From: a virus
Taxonomy: Duplodnaviria; Caudoviricetes
Length of the DNA stretch: 37,534 bases
Reading direction: 5' to 3' (one strand)
IMG/VR virus record: IMGVR_UViG_3300043218_000070
Coordinates: 1-37,534 of that record
Positions 23,458 to 33,255 of the stretch are shown piece after piece. A model generated the notes under the pieces. It searched no databases. It was not told the origin of the DNA and was given only the letters and a program-made list of their open reading frames with translations. The stretch's first letter is position 1; every line of letters starts with the position of its first letter. Both the position numbers and the translations under genes were made by a program.

Positions 23458-23948
23458 TGAGTAAAACTTATGTAATATCTGACCTCCACCTTGGACATGA
23501 AAATCTAGCAATACACAGAGGTTTCGCTTCAGCTAGAGAACAGGATAATATGATTCTATTGAACTGGAATCTACTGGTAACAAAGTACGATAAAGTATTG
23601 ATATTGGGTGATGTTGCCATGAATAAAAAGTTCTATCCATTTTTAGATAATTTAAATGGTAATAAACACGTTATTCTAGGTAATCACGATCTGCCAAAAT
23701 ACACAAATGAATTGCTTAAACACGTTAAAACTGTGTGCGGAATGTTTCAAAAGTCTGGACACATATTGACTCATTGTCCAATACATGAGAGTCAATTTGA
23801 CAGATTTACAAAGAACATACACGGGCACTTACACGAAAACAATATAGATGATGATAGATATGTAAATGTTTGCTGTGAACAGTTAGATTATACCCCTATG
23901 TTATTATCTGACATTATCGTAAAAGAGGCAACCCATGACGACAACTAA
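23457..23948 (+). CDS. Calcineurin-like metallophosphoesterase
   Basis: SDLHLGH, LGDV, GNHD, THCP, NIHGHLH; ATG 23457 with GGAGG RBS. Confidence 0.92.
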   Translation: MSKTYVISDLHLGHENLAIHRGFASAREQDNMILLNWNLLVTKYDKVLILGDVAMNKKFYPFLDNLNGNKHVILGNHDLPKYTNELLKHVKTVCGMFQKSGHILTHCPIHESQFDRFTKNIHGHLHENNIDDDRYVNVCCEQLDYTPMLLSDIIVKEATHDDN

Positions 23949-23995
23949 CAACACATACACAATGGCAACACGTAAGCCGCAATGGAGGAAGTAAT

Positions 23996-24430
23996 ATGAA
24001 TGATAGAGAGATATGTGAGAAGATAATAGATCAAGGCAATTGTTCTGGTATAGAGTGCGTTTATAATGATTGTCCATTGAGTAGTACAAAAGGTGAAACA
24101 TATAAATGTGGCGGCTTCGACAATTGTAGTGGCACAGCTAAACAATGGCTAATAGACAATCCAGAGAAGGACATAGAGGCAATGGTAGAAGAGTTCGACA
24201 ATAAGCAGGGGCATGAACTTATGACATACGCTGAGAAGCAGCAGAATAACCTTTCAACAATCAGGAAAATAGAGAAAACTGTAGCAGATGAAATGTTTTT
24301 CTTTTTAGAGGGTGATGATGTGTGTTATGCTCGACCAGACGGTGATTTTGATATATGTGATGGTAAAATAAGTAAAGAGGTAGCTAAATCCCTTAGTAAG
24401 TGGTTAACAAAAATGCTTAAGGAATCATAA
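23996..24430 (+). CDS. Hypothetical protein with Cys-rich N-terminus
   Basis: CSGIECVYNDCPL; GGAGGA RBS. Confidence 0.65.
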   Translation: MNDREICEKIIDQGNCSGIECVYNDCPLSSTKGETYKCGGFDNCSGTAKQWLIDNPEKDIEAMVEEFDNKQGHELMTYAEKQQNNLSTIRKIEKTVADEMFFFLEGDDVCYARPDGDFDICDGKISKEVAKSLSKWLTKMLKES

Positions 24431-24431
24431 T

Positions 24432-24740
24432 ATGAGATTTGCAACACTAAAAAACTTAACAATAGTACACTGGACTAAAAAAGATCTCTACAAGTCGGCA
24501 ACCAACGAGACACAGATAGAAAAGCTGTTTGAAGAGGTTCAGGAGGTTAGAGACGCGTTTTTGTGTGAGAGTAAGGCCGATAGGAAAGAAGAGATAGGCG
24601 ATTGCTTAACGGTTATAATCAACCTGTGCCAAATAAACAATTTCACACCTGAAGAGTGCCTACAACTTGCTTATGATAAAAATACTAAGCGTGACGGTAG
24701 GATGCTGGATGGGGAATTTTTACATGAAAAAAAAGGATAA
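24432..24740 (+). CDS. MazG-like nucleotide pyrophosphohydrolase
   Basis: KLFEEVQEV...EEIGDCL...PEECLQLAYDK...RDGRM.DGEF. Confidence 0.85.
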   Translation: MRFATLKNLTIVHWTKKDLYKSATNETQIEKLFEEVQEVRDAFLCESKADRKEEIGDCLTVIINLCQINNFTPEECLQLAYDKNTKRDGRMLDGEFLHEKKG

Positions 24741-24828
24741 ATTATGAGAAACTAAAACCAATACATCAACCAGCGTCACACGTTGAGATTTCTTTCTAAA
24801 ATTCTTTATTTTCGTGCGGCGCTGTTCT

Positions 24829-25236
24829 TTAATAACACTCTGAAACGGTAAGGCCAAACTCATCATACACTGCTATTTTATGCATAAAGTCAGCAAAGGT
24901 TTTTCCTGAATTCTTAACTGCTCTATCACCAAGCAATTTATCAACATACTGCCCTAAAATAATACACCCTTTAGTGTCTACTCTCGTGTTACCAGGGTGG
25001 AATAAAATATTAGTCCTGCCAGTAACATTCATAACCTCAAAAGTATCACCGTGACGACCTGACTTAACCCTTGCACAATCATATTGACCTGTAGGTATTG
25101 ACGACACATTTACCCTGTTTCCCTCATCTGAAGGCTCAAGAGTAACGCCGATTATCTTTTTATTAAGTTTCAATATGCCAAGTGTGCCATAGGATTTTGA
25201 AGTTTCTAGTCTGATTATTTCAACTATTGGGATCAT
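24829..25236 (-). CDS. DUF5675-like putative endolysin (L,D-transpeptidase-like H...C motif)
   Basis: TLEP, SSIPTGQY, GRTNILFHPGNT..DTKGCIILG; last gene of the late arm. Confidence 0.75.
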   Translation of the reverse strand: MIPIVEIIRLETSKSYGTLGILKLNKKIIGVTLEPSDEGNRVNVSSIPTGQYDCARVKSGRHGDTFEVMNVTGRTNILFHPGNTRVDTKGCIILGQYVDKLLGDRAVKNSGKTFADFMHKIAVYDEFGLTVSECY

Positions 25237-25604
25237 GATTTCACCAACTTTTTACAAGCACCTTTATTGTACGCATCAAGACCAGCTTTTCCAGTTACAA
25301 ACCAAGCTATAATATATCTAATTCCATCAAGCCATCTTCGTTTAGAAAATCTAACAAAAAAATTACCATCAAATTTAGCGCCCTTAACATCTGCTTTTAA
25401 ATGTCTTGCAAATGCCTTATTAGACGATTTAAATCCTTTCTGCAAGTGAAAATCCATATCGTGTATATTACAAGATCTCTCAAAGAATTTAGCCGTATTT
25501 GTTTTATTTAAAATGTATGTCACTTTAGGCATCTCAGCGCTACCCATGCCATTACAAACATCTTCTTCACAATTAGGACAGTTTTCTATTGTATAATCAC
25601 TCAT
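25233..25604 (-). CDS. Phospholipase A2-like / DUF1353-like protein
   Basis: CNGMGS...FERSCNIHDMDF; amphipathic C-terminal helix. Confidence 0.6.
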   Translation of the reverse strand: MSDYTIENCPNCEEDVCNGMGSAEMPKVTYILNKTNTAKFFERSCNIHDMDFHLQKGFKSSNKAFARHLKADVKGAKFDGNFFVRFSKRRWLDGIRYIIAWFVTGKAGLDAYNKGACKKLVKS

Positions 25605-25606
25605 AT

Positions 25607-26077
25607 CTACCTACTAGCTAAATAATTCACTCTTGTTTTATCTACACTTGTAACTTTTCCGTTCATGATGATAATAGCTTCACGATTCCCACGGACGCCA
25701 TGATCAATATCATTCAGCTTTTCCCGTGTCTCTTTCAGTTCTCGTAGGAATTCATCGTCAGATCTCTTCTGCTGAATCACCGTATTTTCCAGCATAGAGA
25801 GTAGTCTATTCTGCTCTATATCGTTGGTATGCAGTTGTGTGATTATAAACTCAATCTTTTGATCTTGCCTCGCATTACTTGCTACAGTTGAATCCAATAG
25901 GCGGGAGGCTCGACCAGAGTAAAACAATACAGCAATAACGCCGCCAACAGCAACACCATTGAGCAGCCAGCGAAGAAGGCCACCACTGGGCGGTGAAAAA
26001 ACTTCTTTAGTGTCTGAATCGTCCGTTGATCTGCGCCCATTTCGACTAGCATCCTCTGTATTATTCTCACTATTCAT
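25607..26077 (-). CDS. Putative holin-like membrane protein (one TM plus coiled coil)
   Basis: GRRSTD N-terminal motif, LLNGVAVGGVIAVLFY TM; first gene of the lysis cassette. Confidence 0.5.
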   Translation of the reverse strand: MNSENNTEDASRNGRRSTDDSDTKEVFSPPSGGLLRWLLNGVAVGGVIAVLFYSGRASRLLDSTVASNARQDQKIEFIITQLHTNDIEQNRLLSMLENTVIQQKRSDDEFLRELKETREKLNDIDHGVRGNREAIIIMNGKVTSVDKTRVNYLASR

Positions 26078-26183
26078 CTTTTACCTTGTTCAATACTTTA
26101 AATGTAAATAAATTTTAGTCACCCACTGCCATGTTTTTAACGGCGGGTGACTTTTAATACTTTCATTCTCTCATCTGCCTTTA

Positions 26184-26732
26184 TTAATTTACTTCACGAA
26201 TTATAATACTTGAACCGTCAAAAGTAAGGGTCGAATCGTTGTCAACTTCAGCATACACCTCTACAATATCACCCTTAACCATGGAGAAGCTAGCCTGTAT
26301 AGCTATTGCGGCTGTATCACTACCTGTGCCAACTTTTCTAGGCACATAACCACCCGGAACAGGTGCCCCATTTTTATACACATAAAGCTTTGTGATGATA
26401 TTATTAGTTCCGCTTCTCATGCCTGTGGTTGCTGTGAGATCAAAATCAATTGGGTCTAGTTCTTCGGCCGTAAACTCAAGCGCTATATCTCCAGCACCCT
26501 GATCTACAAATGTAAACCCGACAAGAGATATAGGCGTTGTTGGGACTGCAACCTTAACTGGTGATCCTGCTGTTATTGACGGGGTTGTGTATGGTGTAGC
26601 TGGCGGTAACGCCGTTACTGACTGATAAGGGGATAATGTTTTACGCTTCATAACTAGAAGCTCAGCCGATGTGATACCAGTGATTTTTTTGTAATTGCTA
26701 CCACTCACATTTTCTAAAAGTTCTTCTGCCAT
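26184..26732 (-). CDS. C1q/TNF-like jelly-roll virion protein
   Basis: LYVYKNGAPV...SMVKGDIVEVYAE pattern; AGGAG RBS. Confidence 0.55.
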   Translation of the reverse strand: MAEELLENVSGSNYKKITGITSAELLVMKRKTLSPYQSVTALPPATPYTTPSITAGSPVKVAVPTTPISLVGFTFVDQGAGDIALEFTAEELDPIDFDLTATTGMRSGTNNIITKLYVYKNGAPVPGGYVPRKVGTGSDTAAIAIQASFSMVKGDIVEVYAEVDNDSTLTFDGSSIIIREVN

Positions 26733-26744
26733 TTTATTCTCCTG

Positions 26745-28289
26745 TTATAGTATTTCTTGGGCGTACCCGTTTTCATCTTTTATTGGTATTTCATCCACAT
26801 AGATTAGTGATTGCCCTTCCGGAACAATCACACATGTTCCATCTATCAAGTATCTATCGTCCACCAAGTAAGGTAAAGTTTTATATCTGACCTGTTCAGC
26901 TGTAAGTAATGTATTACCAATCAAGGCATGTCCTGCATCATTAGGATGATCTGTGTTAAACTGATATATCGGATTGAACCATCCGTTTTCATCGGCTAAA
27001 TAATCAGTTTCTACTAAGGCGAAACCTTTAACAATAGCTAGTGCGTCTAGCTCAGTGTTGTATTGATCAGCCCATGCTTTTGTACCTGTAGCCTCCCCAA
27101 TGTCTTGTGGGAAAGCCTTAATGACCATAAGGTCTATACTGTTTGCATTACAGGCATCCGCAATATTTGTAACACCTAAAATGGTTTCCTCTACTGTATG
27201 GCCTGTGTTATTATCGTTTTCAGATATTTCAAGCCTAACCATAGTTGCGCCTCTTGAGATTGCTGAGGTAATATTTCTTCCCGTGTCTGGAGCATGGCCG
27301 TTTGGTTGCGATGGTGCACCAGTATAAAAACCTGTTTCAGCATAACTGTAAACATCATAACCCGATGTACTATTATTATCATAGACAACATCTGTCATAT
27401 AGTTTGAATTAAGGAAGTTTAGTTGTTGTACAAACCCTCTTTGATCTGTGCCACCAATACCAACACCCCAGGAGTCCCCCATAGTTTCTAGCCTATCGGT
27501 AACGCCCGTAAAATTCAACGAGTGCTCATTGTATGGGTACACGGCTCCTGTTGGTGTAATCTCTCTTAGAATCCAAAATTTATTACCTGTAGTATCGTAA
27601 TACCTATTATAGTCTATTGTTAAGCCTTGTAATCGCTTATCGCTAAAATTCCATGTACCATCAAGAGAATCGTAATACCTTCTTATTTGACCTTGAAATT
27701 GTGCTACATCTTTACTTACGCAACCTAGCCAATGAGTATTCACAGTGAGCCCGTTTGCAAAGCTAACCCCCGCAATAACTTTAGTCCCTACGGTTGGAAC
27801 GTCTAAAGTCACATTGCCAGCGCCATCACCTATTAGGGTTACGTCTTCATACAGCACACCCTTTGTAAGTGTTGGGCTAAATGTGCTGTTTACAATGGTC
27901 GCCCCTGTATTATCACGCATGAAAACAACCAACACCCCGTCCGTCCACCTTAGAATCAACATAGCCGAAGTTATTGTGCTAATCTTAGAGAACAATTCGC
28001 CCCTGCCACTTTGTGATACATCGGCAATAAAATCTAACTCAATATGGAATACACCTGAACTATAATCAATCTCTTCATTAATCCGTGTATAGGCATCCTC
28101 ATTTAACTTAATCTCACCAGTCTCAGGAACAAACACCCCACCATCATCAACAAAGTCAATATTGAAATTACCCGACCCATCGAAGTATGTGGTGAAGTTG
28201 CAAGCGACACCGCCAATAGGATTTATAGGCTGATAGATAGCACTACCTACGCCTCTACTTCCCATTACATTACATCCTATAAAATTCAT
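26745..28289 (-). CDS. Lectin (LamG-like) + SGNH hydrolase tail-associated protein
   Basis: FQGQIR LamG-like end; SGNH blocks MGDSW, ENDN, DHPNDAGH. Confidence 0.78.
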   Translation of the reverse strand: MNFIGCNVMGSRGVGSAIYQPINPIGGVACNFTTYFDGSGNFNIDFVDDGGVFVPETGEIKLNEDAYTRINEEIDYSSGVFHIELDFIADVSQSGRGELFSKISTITSAMLILRWTDGVLVVFMRDNTGATIVNSTFSPTLTKGVLYEDVTLIGDGAGNVTLDVPTVGTKVIAGVSFANGLTVNTHWLGCVSKDVAQFQGQIRRYYDSLDGTWNFSDKRLQGLTIDYNRYYDTTGNKFWILREITPTGAVYPYNEHSLNFTGVTDRLETMGDSWGVGIGGTDQRGFVQQLNFLNSNYMTDVVYDNNSTSGYDVYSYAETGFYTGAPSQPNGHAPDTGRNITSAISRGATMVRLEISENDNNTGHTVEETILGVTNIADACNANSIDLMVIKAFPQDIGEATGTKAWADQYNTELDALAIVKGFALVETDYLADENGWFNPIYQFNTDHPNDAGHALIGNTLLTAEQVRYKTLPYLVDDRYLIDGTCVIVPEGQSLIYVDEIPIKDENGYAQEIL

Positions 28290-28328
28290 TAATTCACCTC
28301 TGATAATTTGCTGAATAGTTTTTTCATG

Positions 28329-29636
28329 TTAAGCCCACGGTATTGAGGTTGTCATAATCATCAATTGATCTTGCACTGCTGGACTAAGTGTCGAGCTTTT
28401 TGCGGTATTCGAAAAGGTGTAAAACCACCTGTAGCCGCACACACCTCCCGACGCTTCCTGTGAATAGAAGTCGTATTCGTGCACTGCTGTACGTATTGGG
28501 TAGGCGTTTAAAAGCTCAAAACTACTGCCTGTCGTGTCGTCAGTTACCTTGCACGACAATGGCCAGAACTGATAGCTCATATCATCAGACAGGCCACTAG
28601 GTATTCTTGCACCGTTGTATGCTATGTTGCCTTTGTTGTCGGTACGCTTGGTTTCTCTAATGGTAACAACTCCTGACCCACTAGCTTGACCTGTAAATTC
28701 AACAATACCACCAGAAGACGCTTCAATTATAGTATACGTGAAGGTTGATCCGCCCTGATTAAATAATTTCCACCCTGAAGAGCTTAGGTATATATCTGTT
28801 GATCTGTAGGTGTCCCCACCCGCGTTAACGGCATTTGATGAAAGACACCGAAATTCATACTTGAAACTAGAATCCAAATCACTCGGTATTGTAGCGTCAT
28901 TGTAAGCTATGTTGCCGTTACCATCAACTACAATTCTATTTTCCCCATCCGTACTAACAACAATAGTATCATCTTTCAGTTTACCAACAACATTCAGACC
29001 CGACCAGAAGTCAAGTGTGGCCTCTGCATCTGATAAAGAAATTGTATAGTTATTAACTTCATACGCGTGTTCAACATAAGGATTTCCGCTTCCTGCGATA
29101 GAAAAAGGGCCATTTAATGTAGTTGTCTTTAGTGAGTAAGTGTAAGGGTTTCCAGAATAACCACCTGTCCCCTGTACTCTTGCACCAGTATTATTAATTC
29201 CGTTAAAAAAATGTATCTCAATATCGTTCGACGCGGCCGCTGTTGGATACGCAAAAGCAAGACCCGCGTCAACTCCGAAGCTATTATTGTCTGCCCCGTA
29301 AATATTCTTAGATGATATAACCGGAATTGGATCAGTGCTTACAAAGTTAGGCCCTTGATACCAAATGTTAATTACAATATCCAACTCAAGCAACTCCCTA
29401 CAATCTTCCTCAGTATTTGATATAACATAAACCGAAGTTGCTGATGCTACACCAGAAGCAATAAGCTCTATAACTTTTTCTTTACTGATTAGAGTTAGCA
29501 CAACACCAGATTGCGCCTTGTATGAGCCTGTAGATTCAGCAGGGGTAACAGGGTCTATCTGCCATGTTAATTGCTTTAGTGCTGATGAAGATACCGCTAC
29601 TTCATAATGTTCTAGTTGTATGTTTTCTGCTACCAT
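28329..29636 (-). CDS. Tail fibre / receptor-binding protein with duplicated C-terminal module
   Basis: After the tail-tip gene; GNIAYN.A.IPS.L repeated 95 aa apart. Confidence 0.65.
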   Translation of the reverse strand: MVAENIQLEHYEVAVSSSALKQLTWQIDPVTPAESTGSYKAQSGVVLTLISKEKVIELIASGVASATSVYVISNTEEDCRELLELDIVINIWYQGPNFVSTDPIPVISSKNIYGADNNSFGVDAGLAFAYPTAAASNDIEIHFFNGINNTGARVQGTGGYSGNPYTYSLKTTTLNGPFSIAGSGNPYVEHAYEVNNYTISLSDAEATLDFWSGLNVVGKLKDDTIVVSTDGENRIVVDGNGNIAYNDATIPSDLDSSFKYEFRCLSSNAVNAGGDTYRSTDIYLSSSGWKLFNQGGSTFTYTIIEASSGGIVEFTGQASGSGVVTIRETKRTDNKGNIAYNGARIPSGLSDDMSYQFWPLSCKVTDDTTGSSFELLNAYPIRTAVHEYDFYSQEASGGVCGYRWFYTFSNTAKSSTLSPAVQDQLMIMTTSIPWA

Positions 29637-32503
29637 TATATACCTGTACCGTTGGTCTTTATGTTGTTAGGAAAATTACCGTCTGTCTTGATGTTTAATA
29701 CAAAATTACCATCTTTCCAAACATTGACTTGAAATAAGAATGGGTCATATTTGCTTATATCGAGTAACATTTTCCATGTAATTGTATCATTCTTTAAATT
29801 TAATCTACGTTCAACTATCCAGCCGTTACGAGCTTCACCATCTGTAATCTTGGCGTCCTCTATACTGATGAAAGATAGTAACTCCTTAGATAAGTTTGTT
29901 TCATTATATGGAACTGTAAATATTATGTATTCGTGTTCTCTATTAACGTGAGCTAATTGATTACGAATAAACGCTATTCCTTCACTGGTCCCCGTTCCAT
30001 CACTGAAGGCTAATTTATGCCAATTTGATTCTTGTTCCGTCTGAGTGAGGTTTGTGATTCTGTTATATCCGGCTTTCGCTAATTGCCATGCACTAAAAGC
30101 AAGAGCTTCATCTGAAGCGTCCACGCCCTCTATATCTCTTGCAAAATCAAAGGTCGCTTCATTTGGATTCTTTACTCTGAGCGTTCTATTATGGTCTCCT
30201 GTGGCTTCTGATAGATCCATTTTAAATTGATAATCTGAAACTACATTATTAAGAGTATCGCGTTTAATAGGTTTAATATCTATTGTATTTGTTTCATTAT
30301 AAGCGGTATCGGCCTCTTTGAATCCGAATACAATGCTTTTAGGAAGCCAGTTTTCAAGGTAGTATTCGCCTTTGTGATTTATAAACATTCCAAGGTGATG
30401 ATCAAAAAGTATGTCTTTTAGTAATTGATTACCGTCTGTCTGATCAACTATCTGGTGAGCGGCATTTCTTACAGGGTCATTAATGAAAAGCCCGAAATTG
30501 TCTTGAGCTTCAGTAAATGAAGGAAGATTAATATCTGTTAATTCTTTACCGTAATGATCTGTTAATAAGTACTCTATTGTATCGGGTACGTTTTCAAACC
30601 CGTCAACTATACCTTGAGCTGATTGTACGTTTTCACCGTTGCAACCTATTGAAACATTATCAATACTCAAAAGCCGCTCACCTTCATACGAAAACGACAT
30701 AATATAATTATCTACTTCTTTTGTTTCATCGGTCCACCTTGTAAGGTCTGGTGAATCTTGTGTACTTGGCAACTCTTTAAGGCTGATACGAAACTCATGG
30801 TAAAAAGTATCTGCCGCCTCACTATAATTCACCGTTTGGTCTACCGTAAATATCGACTTGAATGAATTCCAGTTAGGCGTTGTTATCTCAAGATCATAAT
30901 GGTTCGCTAATGATCCTATCGTTACTTTTGTTTCAATTGTTACCTTTTGGTCTAATAGATAAATTGCCTTGTTATTAAAGCTTGTTTCAATAGTTCTTAT
31001 ACCTATTTTTTTAGACAATATCTGTGTTGTTTCTATAAAGGTAATCATGTCAGTTGTATTAAAATTCAACGGATCAAATGACGGGTCTGATTCACTTATT
31101 ATTGCATTAGGGATTTTTATAGATACCGGTCTATAAAATAGTTCTTCATTTTTATTTTGAAAGTCTATTATTTTAGCTAAAGAATCGTTTGAGTAATATA
31201 CTCTAAATCTTATGAGCCCACCACCATCACCGCCACCTTCACCAGATCCCCACCGGTCAAACGAGAGATCATCAAGTGAACTGCTAAACTTCATCGAATC
31301 CTCATTCAATATGTCATTGATTAATATCTTCTTATTGTCTTCTACTTCATAAGATGATGTACTTACAAAGTAGTCTATTTCATTCTCTTCAACCCTTATA
31401 GGCAACTCTACATTAGAGTTGTTTTCAGTGTGTATTTTAGAGACTTGATTTTGACTTAAGTTGTATGTAAAGTTAAACTTTTTTAACACTATTATTGTTG
31501 TATCAAAATTCCTTACATCATTGGATACCTCTAATTCGCTTATATCTTCATTATCTAGAAACAACTTATGGGACGGATTAAAGTTCTCAGCGCTGACAAC
31601 ATTGTATGTGTTGCCTAGCCCTGCACCAAAAACAACCTCAACTATTATGTTATTGAATTCATTAGCATCAATCAAATCTTGAATTGCTTGAGATTGTGAG
31701 ACCCTAATAGAAGACCCGTTTTTGTCCATTGATATTATCGTTATATATCCGACATTCTCATTACTACCCATCTCAATGTAATTAAAATTATCGTCCTTCT
31801 TGCCTTCTAGTACTAGCTTGCAATTGTAGTTCTTATTTATCGCTATAGGTACTTTCTCAGAGCCTATATTTTTTACATTCTGCTTAGTTAAATCACCACA
31901 TTTAAAACTTACAGTGTCTTCATCTACATCCGTAAAGCTCTCTATTGATCCGGTCCATTGGTCAGTGTATGTAATCACGCCATCTACAACACCCATGAAT
32001 AATACACATTTTCTATTGCGGAAAAATACGCCGTCTCGCTGTAGTGCTTTTGCAAATTCAAAGTTTGTAACTTCAAACCCGAAGCTGTAACCACTTGCAA
32101 GATTGCCGCCCTTAGAAATATTAATCTTTTCTATAGGGTCATTCATCTTAGTCAGTATATCGGCGTCACTGTACAGTGTCCAAGTACCATTAACAATATC
32201 AAAATCGGTGTTTTCATATGGTGCATTAGTTACTTCTGTAGACCCTATCTTTGTAGCAACTCCTGACACTGATCCCGTCAAAGACTCATTCTCAATAAAG
32301 AAACCTGACTTTGTTCTTATTCTAATTTCTGTATCTGTAAGTAATGTTGCCTTATCTACTACAGCAGTAGCGCCGGAAGTTGTGCCGGTTACTATCTCAT
32401 TTAATACAAAGTTACTGGTAATAGTTGATGGCAATTCCTGAGTATAGCTTTCTATACCTGAGACTTCTATCTTATAAATTATTTTTTTATTTTCTACAGT
32501 CAT
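29636..32503 (-). CDS. Large tail-tip / hub protein
   Basis: 955 aa, second gene after the tape measure; NVPDTIEYLL...INLPSF hub-like segment. Confidence 0.7.
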   Translation of the reverse strand: MTVENKKIIYKIEVSGIESYTQELPSTITSNFVLNEIVTGTTSGATAVVDKATLLTDTEIRIRTKSGFFIENESLTGSVSGVATKIGSTEVTNAPYENTDFDIVNGTWTLYSDADILTKMNDPIEKINISKGGNLASGYSFGFEVTNFEFAKALQRDGVFFRNRKCVLFMGVVDGVITYTDQWTGSIESFTDVDEDTVSFKCGDLTKQNVKNIGSEKVPIAINKNYNCKLVLEGKKDDNFNYIEMGSNENVGYITIISMDKNGSSIRVSQSQAIQDLIDANEFNNIIVEVVFGAGLGNTYNVVSAENFNPSHKLFLDNEDISELEVSNDVRNFDTTIIVLKKFNFTYNLSQNQVSKIHTENNSNVELPIRVEENEIDYFVSTSSYEVEDNKKILINDILNEDSMKFSSSLDDLSFDRWGSGEGGGDGGGLIRFRVYYSNDSLAKIIDFQNKNEELFYRPVSIKIPNAIISESDPSFDPLNFNTTDMITFIETTQILSKKIGIRTIETSFNNKAIYLLDQKVTIETKVTIGSLANHYDLEITTPNWNSFKSIFTVDQTVNYSEAADTFYHEFRISLKELPSTQDSPDLTRWTDETKEVDNYIMSFSYEGERLLSIDNVSIGCNGENVQSAQGIVDGFENVPDTIEYLLTDHYGKELTDINLPSFTEAQDNFGLFINDPVRNAAHQIVDQTDGNQLLKDILFDHHLGMFINHKGEYYLENWLPKSIVFGFKEADTAYNETNTIDIKPIKRDTLNNVVSDYQFKMDLSEATGDHNRTLRVKNPNEATFDFARDIEGVDASDEALAFSAWQLAKAGYNRITNLTQTEQESNWHKLAFSDGTGTSEGIAFIRNQLAHVNREHEYIIFTVPYNETNLSKELLSFISIEDAKITDGEARNGWIVERRLNLKNDTITWKMLLDISKYDPFLFQVNVWKDGNFVLNIKTDGNFPNNIKTNGTGI

Positions 32504-33255
32504 ACGTTATTCACCAAAGTCATAGATACGGACCAATATTTAATTCCATCGGGCTTATAGGTAAAGCCCTTTACTTTAACATTGTTATTTGTTGAGTTAA
32601 GAAATAGCTCTAAAACTAAATTTGTATTTATTGATATTGTGCTACCTCTTTGATCCGCTATATATCTATGAAGCTTTCCGAACTCATCATCTTTCTGTCT
32701 TAAACTAATGCTACATACTTCCGATTTGATCGGGTTTCCTGACCTGTCAACTCTCACAACTTCACCAAAATCACCCTGATCAATTGAATCAAAATTTGAT
32801 TTCTGTACATTTACCTCTCTCTTGATCGGCCATTGATAAAACAAGGTTGGTAGCTCAGGAGTTATTGAAGCGTCGTAAACTATTGGCGATACAACCCGAA
32901 CTTTTAATTTAACTATAGCGGTGAGCAGGTCCCTAACCGGATAAACAGGGTCATTCAATAGGTTACAGGTAAATACTCCGCTATGATCTATTCCGGTGCC
33001 GAATATTTTACCGCCCTGAGTATCTATCAATATTTGTCCGGCGTTATTATAGAGATCATCTACAAGAGTATTTATGTCTGATGTATTGCCAATTACTGTA
33101 AATGTACATTCATACTTATCTGAATTTGCGCCCCTATCTGAAACCTGATTTTTACCATTCATTGATGTGATAAACTTTAGGGCTCGTTTGAAAACAGGGG
33201 AAAATGATTCTCTAATATTAACTGTTCTATTGTTTCCGTTTGCTGTAATTATCAT
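32500..33255 (-). CDS. Distal tail protein (two related halves)
   Basis: Directly after the tape measure; ends WSVSMTL. Confidence 0.65.
   Translation of the reverse strand: MIITANGNNRTVNIRESFSPVFKRALKFITSMNGKNQVSDRGANSDKYECTFTVIGNTSDINTLVDDLYNNAGQILIDTQGGKIFGTGIDHSGVFTCNLLNDPVYPVRDLLTAIVKLKVRVVSPIVYDASITPELPTLFYQWPIKREVNVQKSNFDSIDQGDFGEVVRVDRSGNPIKSEVCSISLRQKDDEFGKLHRYIADQRGSTISINTNLVLELFLNSTNNNVKVKGFTYKPDGIKYWSVSMTLVNNV

Noticed and set aside
28329-28930. Fibre repeat as a DGR template/variable pair
   Set aside because: Both copies are coding and diverged at all base types; no reverse transcriptase in the genome
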